From positions 24,803 through 88,802 of the forward strand of contig CAZFHY010000018.1 in the NCBI GenBank assembly GCA_964519305.1: a stretch of 64,000 nt of DNA, read 5' to 3'. Below the pieces are notes generated by a model. That model had not been told where the DNA came from. It did no database searches and saw nothing but the letters and a program-made list of their open reading frames with translations. This DNA is from Candidatus Undinarchaeota archaeon. Lineage in GTDB: Archaea; SpSt-1190; JASMDC01. Within the stretch, counting starts at the first letter, position 1; the number at the start of each line of letters is the position of its first letter. The position numbers were made by a program, and so were the translations under genes. Of the stretch, positions 61,236 to 64,000 are shown in pieces.

Positions 61236-63737
61236 TTACGATGAACTCCCTTCAAGGAGCTGCCATCCACGCTCGCTCAATTCCACGACCTTGTTCCTGC
61301 CCTTGTCCCGCTGGACAAGATGGCCGGCCCTCACGAGCTGGTTGACCCGCTTGCGCACGGTCGGTTGACTGATGCCGAGCTCGTTGCCGAGTTCTGTGTT
61401 CGATGGTTTTAGCCCTAGCCTGTTCTGTTTGTACACGAACCTTACTAGCTCTAGAAGGTCCTCGGGGAGTGTTGATCTGAGACGGGTGCTGATCTCGAGA
61501 CCCTCCTTCTCAAGGAACCTGAGCTCCCGTTGACCTGTCGTGGAGGGATCCAGGGACGTGATTGTGATATGGCCGCCGAGGTAGGTGAGTTCCCGCAACC
61601 GCTCCAGGAGAGTGAGCGTTTCATCGAATCCGTTCTTGAGAACGAGGTAGTCGAGCCGGTCGATGAGCACGATACTGTGTTGGGGCAGGATCTCGACCAT
61701 ATGTTCGATATTCTCACCCCGCGGGACCATCCCATGCTCACCCGACCGCTCGGCGAGCCAGTGGAATGTGTACTCACCGGGGACAGTCTCCCGGAACTCT
61801 GCCTCGGGAGTGCGTGAGACCGCGATACCGCGGTAGCCTGCGCGCAGCGCATCACTGAACGCCTCGATGCAAAGAAGGGGCGCTTCCTCCTGAACGAGAT
61901 AGAGGCGACCTTCTTCAAGTGTATAGCGCATGAGCTGACGCTTCATCCGCTCATCCTCGGCCTTGCGCTCAGTGATGTCCTCCCCGGAACTGAGCGTGCC
62001 GATGATGACGCCGTCTTTGTCCCGGAGGAGCGTATTGTACCACCGGATGATGCGCTCATCCCCCTTCTTCGTAACGATGGGATTCTCGTAGCTCTCTATT
62101 CCATCGATCTTCCCATCTACGAGCCGCTGGAACACCGTGCTCGTGACTTCACGCATGCGGTCCGGTATGACCGTGACGAACCAGTTCTTACCGACGATCT
62201 CCTCCCGTTGATAACCAAGGATCTCGCATCCCTTTCGATTGATGAGGTTGACCTTACCGTCCTGGTCAAGGGCCACGATTATGACGCCAGCGATGTCTAG
62301 GTAGAGCTGTGCCCTGTCCCTTTCACGGAGCAGTTCTTGCTCCGCCTCTAGACGTGCGATGACGTCGCCCATCTGGGTAGCGATGGACTCCAAAGCGGTC
62401 CGCGCTGAGAGCGGAATGGTCTTATTGGAATGTGAGGCCATGTTCATGCAGGCGATTACATCGCCCTCGTGGAGGATAGGGAGGATGGAGATGGCCTTGA
62501 GCCCTTCTCGTTTCCGTATGTCCCCGACAGACAGGTCCAGCTCCCCGTATGATGTATGGACCGGCCGTCCCTCCTTGATCAATCCCGTCTGTGGGGTGTC
62601 GGATCCGTAGTGTTTCGCGGAGGAAACGAAAGCCCGCCCCAGGCCCGTGCTGTACACGAGGTCGAGCCCCCCGGTCTTACTGTCAATAAGGTAGAGCCCG
62701 CCCGCGTCCATCTTGGAAGCACGCATCGCAGCGTCCAGACACAGGACGGCCGCGTCCTGGATGTTCGAGACAGCGCTCAGTGACCGGCCGAGGTCGCGCT
62801 GGATGAGGGAGAGGGCCTCTGCCCGCTTGCGCTCGGCCACTTCCCGCTCCAGTTCTATGGTCTTGGCCTGCAGATCGGCAACGCGCTCGTCCACAAGCTG
62901 CTGGAGGTGGTCCCGGTTGTGCTCCAGTTCCTGTTCGGCCTTCTTTCGCTCGGTGATGTCACGCTGGACCGAGATGGAATGGAGCACGTCCCCGTCCTTG
63001 TTCCGGACGACGTCGGCGCTCAGGATGATGGTCCGCTTCCGGCCCTTCTTCGTGATTATCGTCATCTCCTCGTCACGGAGCTTTCCTGTCCTCTTCCATT
63101 TCCCAAAGAGCTGCTTCATCCTCGGAAGTGATTCGGGAGCATAGATGGTCTGGACAGGTTTCCCAACGAGCTCGCTCTTTTGGAAACCGAGTGTGGCGAG
63201 AGCGGCCTTGTTCACATCAAGTATCCGGCCGTCGGGAGAGATCATGTAGCAGTACTCGGGCTCGTTCTCGAAGAACAGACGGAACCGCTCTTCGCTCTCT
63301 CGTAAGGCCGCTTCGGCATTCCTACGTTCGGTGATGTCCCGGAGTATGCCCACCGCGCCGATGACCTTTCCATCTTCCCTAACCAGATGGTTGCTCGCTT
63401 CTACATGAACGGTGGTACCGTCCTTGCGGATGAGCTCGAGGTTTGTCAGGGGAGTCTCCTTCCCGTTCTGGATGGCGCTCTTGATCAGTCCTGCGACGTG
63501 TGGGATACCCCTGGCACTCAGTACTCCGACCTTGAGCACGTTCCGGCCGATGACCTCTTTCTGCGTGTAACCGAGCAACTCTTCTACACTCGGATTCACA
63601 TCGATGATTGTGCCAGTCCGGTCGATGAACACTACCATATCGTTGATGCTCCCGCAGATCTCCTCGTGGAGCTGTAACAGAACGCTCCCGGGTGTGAACT
63701 GGGAGCTGGACGTGTCCTTGTTCTTCTTCGAAGGCAT
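61236..63737 (-). CDS. one-component regulator: PAS-PAS-GAF-PAS-DUF835-like-wHTH
   Basis: Three PAS and one GAF; KaiC-like DUF835 block 'SRTPE...IDRLDYLVLKNGF'; C-terminal HTH 'ELGNELGISQPTVRKRVNQL'. Confidence 0.85.
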   Translation of the reverse strand: MPSKKNKDTSSSQFTPGSVLLQLHEEICGSINDMVVFIDRTGTIIDVNPSVEELLGYTQKEVIGRNVLKVGVLSARGIPHVAGLIKSAIQNGKETPLTNLELIRKDGTTVHVEASNHLVREDGKVIGAVGILRDITERRNAEAALRESEERFRLFFENEPEYCYMISPDGRILDVNKAALATLGFQKSELVGKPVQTIYAPESLPRMKQLFGKWKRTGKLRDEEMTIITKKGRKRTIILSADVVRNKDGDVLHSISVQRDITERKKAEQELEHNRDHLQQLVDERVADLQAKTIELEREVAERKRAEALSLIQRDLGRSLSAVSNIQDAAVLCLDAAMRASKMDAGGLYLIDSKTGGLDLVYSTGLGRAFVSSAKHYGSDTPQTGLIKEGRPVHTSYGELDLSVGDIRKREGLKAISILPILHEGDVIACMNMASHSNKTIPLSARTALESIATQMGDVIARLEAEQELLRERDRAQLYLDIAGVIIVALDQDGKVNLINRKGCEILGYQREEIVGKNWFVTVIPDRMREVTSTVFQRLVDGKIDGIESYENPIVTKKGDERIIRWYNTLLRDKDGVIIGTLSSGEDITERKAEDERMKRQLMRYTLEEGRLYLVQEEAPLLCIEAFSDALRAGYRGIAVSRTPEAEFRETVPGEYTFHWLAERSGEHGMVPRGENIEHMVEILPQHSIVLIDRLDYLVLKNGFDETLTLLERLRELTYLGGHITITSLDPSTTGQRELRFLEKEGLEISTRLRSTLPEDLLELVRFVYKQNRLGLKPSNTELGNELGISQPTVRKRVNQLVRAGHLVQRDKGRNKVVELSERGWQLLEGSSS

Positions 63738-63935
63738 CGGATCCCCCTTGGTATCGGGCATTAGGGCTAATCTTGAAAAGGTTATTGAAAAACGCTGAAA
63801 CACGCAGGACCCGTCATGGCCGGTCAGCGTCCGACGTGACCTGCCGGACTATGAAATGCTCGTTCATAGGAAGCCCTGGATATTACTAGGACTAGGGTGG
63901 ATGCTTCAGATGTCCTGCGACCGGTTATGGACTTA

Positions 63936-64000
63936 CTAGATCTCACCGATCTCCTTGAACTTCTCAAGGAGCTTGTCGAAGGCCTCGCGGACGTCCTCGA
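63936..64000 (-). CDS. 3' end of a CDS running off the window
   Basis: ...EDVREAFDKLLEKFKEIGEI* on the minus strand with coding-like codons. Confidence 0.55.
   Translation of the reverse strand, partial: EDVREAFDKLLEKFKEIGEI

Noticed and set aside
63936-64000. Possible C-terminus of A/V-type ATPase subunit A
   Set aside because: Only 20 residues are visible; the resemblance is too weak to name.

Overview
GC-rich archaeal chromosomal segment. Evidence for Archaea: BRE/TATA promoters with many apparently leaderless genes, Nre, Dph6, TrpB2/TrpY, an archaeal type IV pilus locus and a BHB-type tRNA intron. The gene style suggests a DPANN-like lineage, but that is inference. Housekeeping content: three DHH-family proteins, tRNA-Leu(UAA) and tRNA-Thr(GGU), Nre plus a radical SAM gene, a GH31 glycosidase, pgk, gyrB-gyrA, class II fba, trpB2 with divergent trpY, TrmJ, a multi-DsbA protein and an inositol monophosphatase. 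There are three large PAS/GAF sensor proteins, two with no output domain. No CRISPR array, rRNA, transposase or integrase was seen. The most notable observations are: (1) two dispersed, covarying copies of a structured non-coding element, each with its own promoter-like sequence and each directly downstream of a PAS sensor gene (candidate new sRNA family); (2) a CbbQ/NorQ AAA+ ATPase paired with a 1569-aa solenoid-HExxH-VWA partner, with no Rubisco or NO-reductase client in view; (3) a non-canonical T-loop (59/60) intron in tRNA-Leu whose 5' half mimics the tRNA 3' end; (4) an unannotated 54-aa Cys-containing microprotein with a C-terminal PIP-like motif; (5) a stand-alone AglB C-terminal domain; (6) two pairs of tandem paralogues of unknown function. 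All calls come from motif reading only; no database searches were run.
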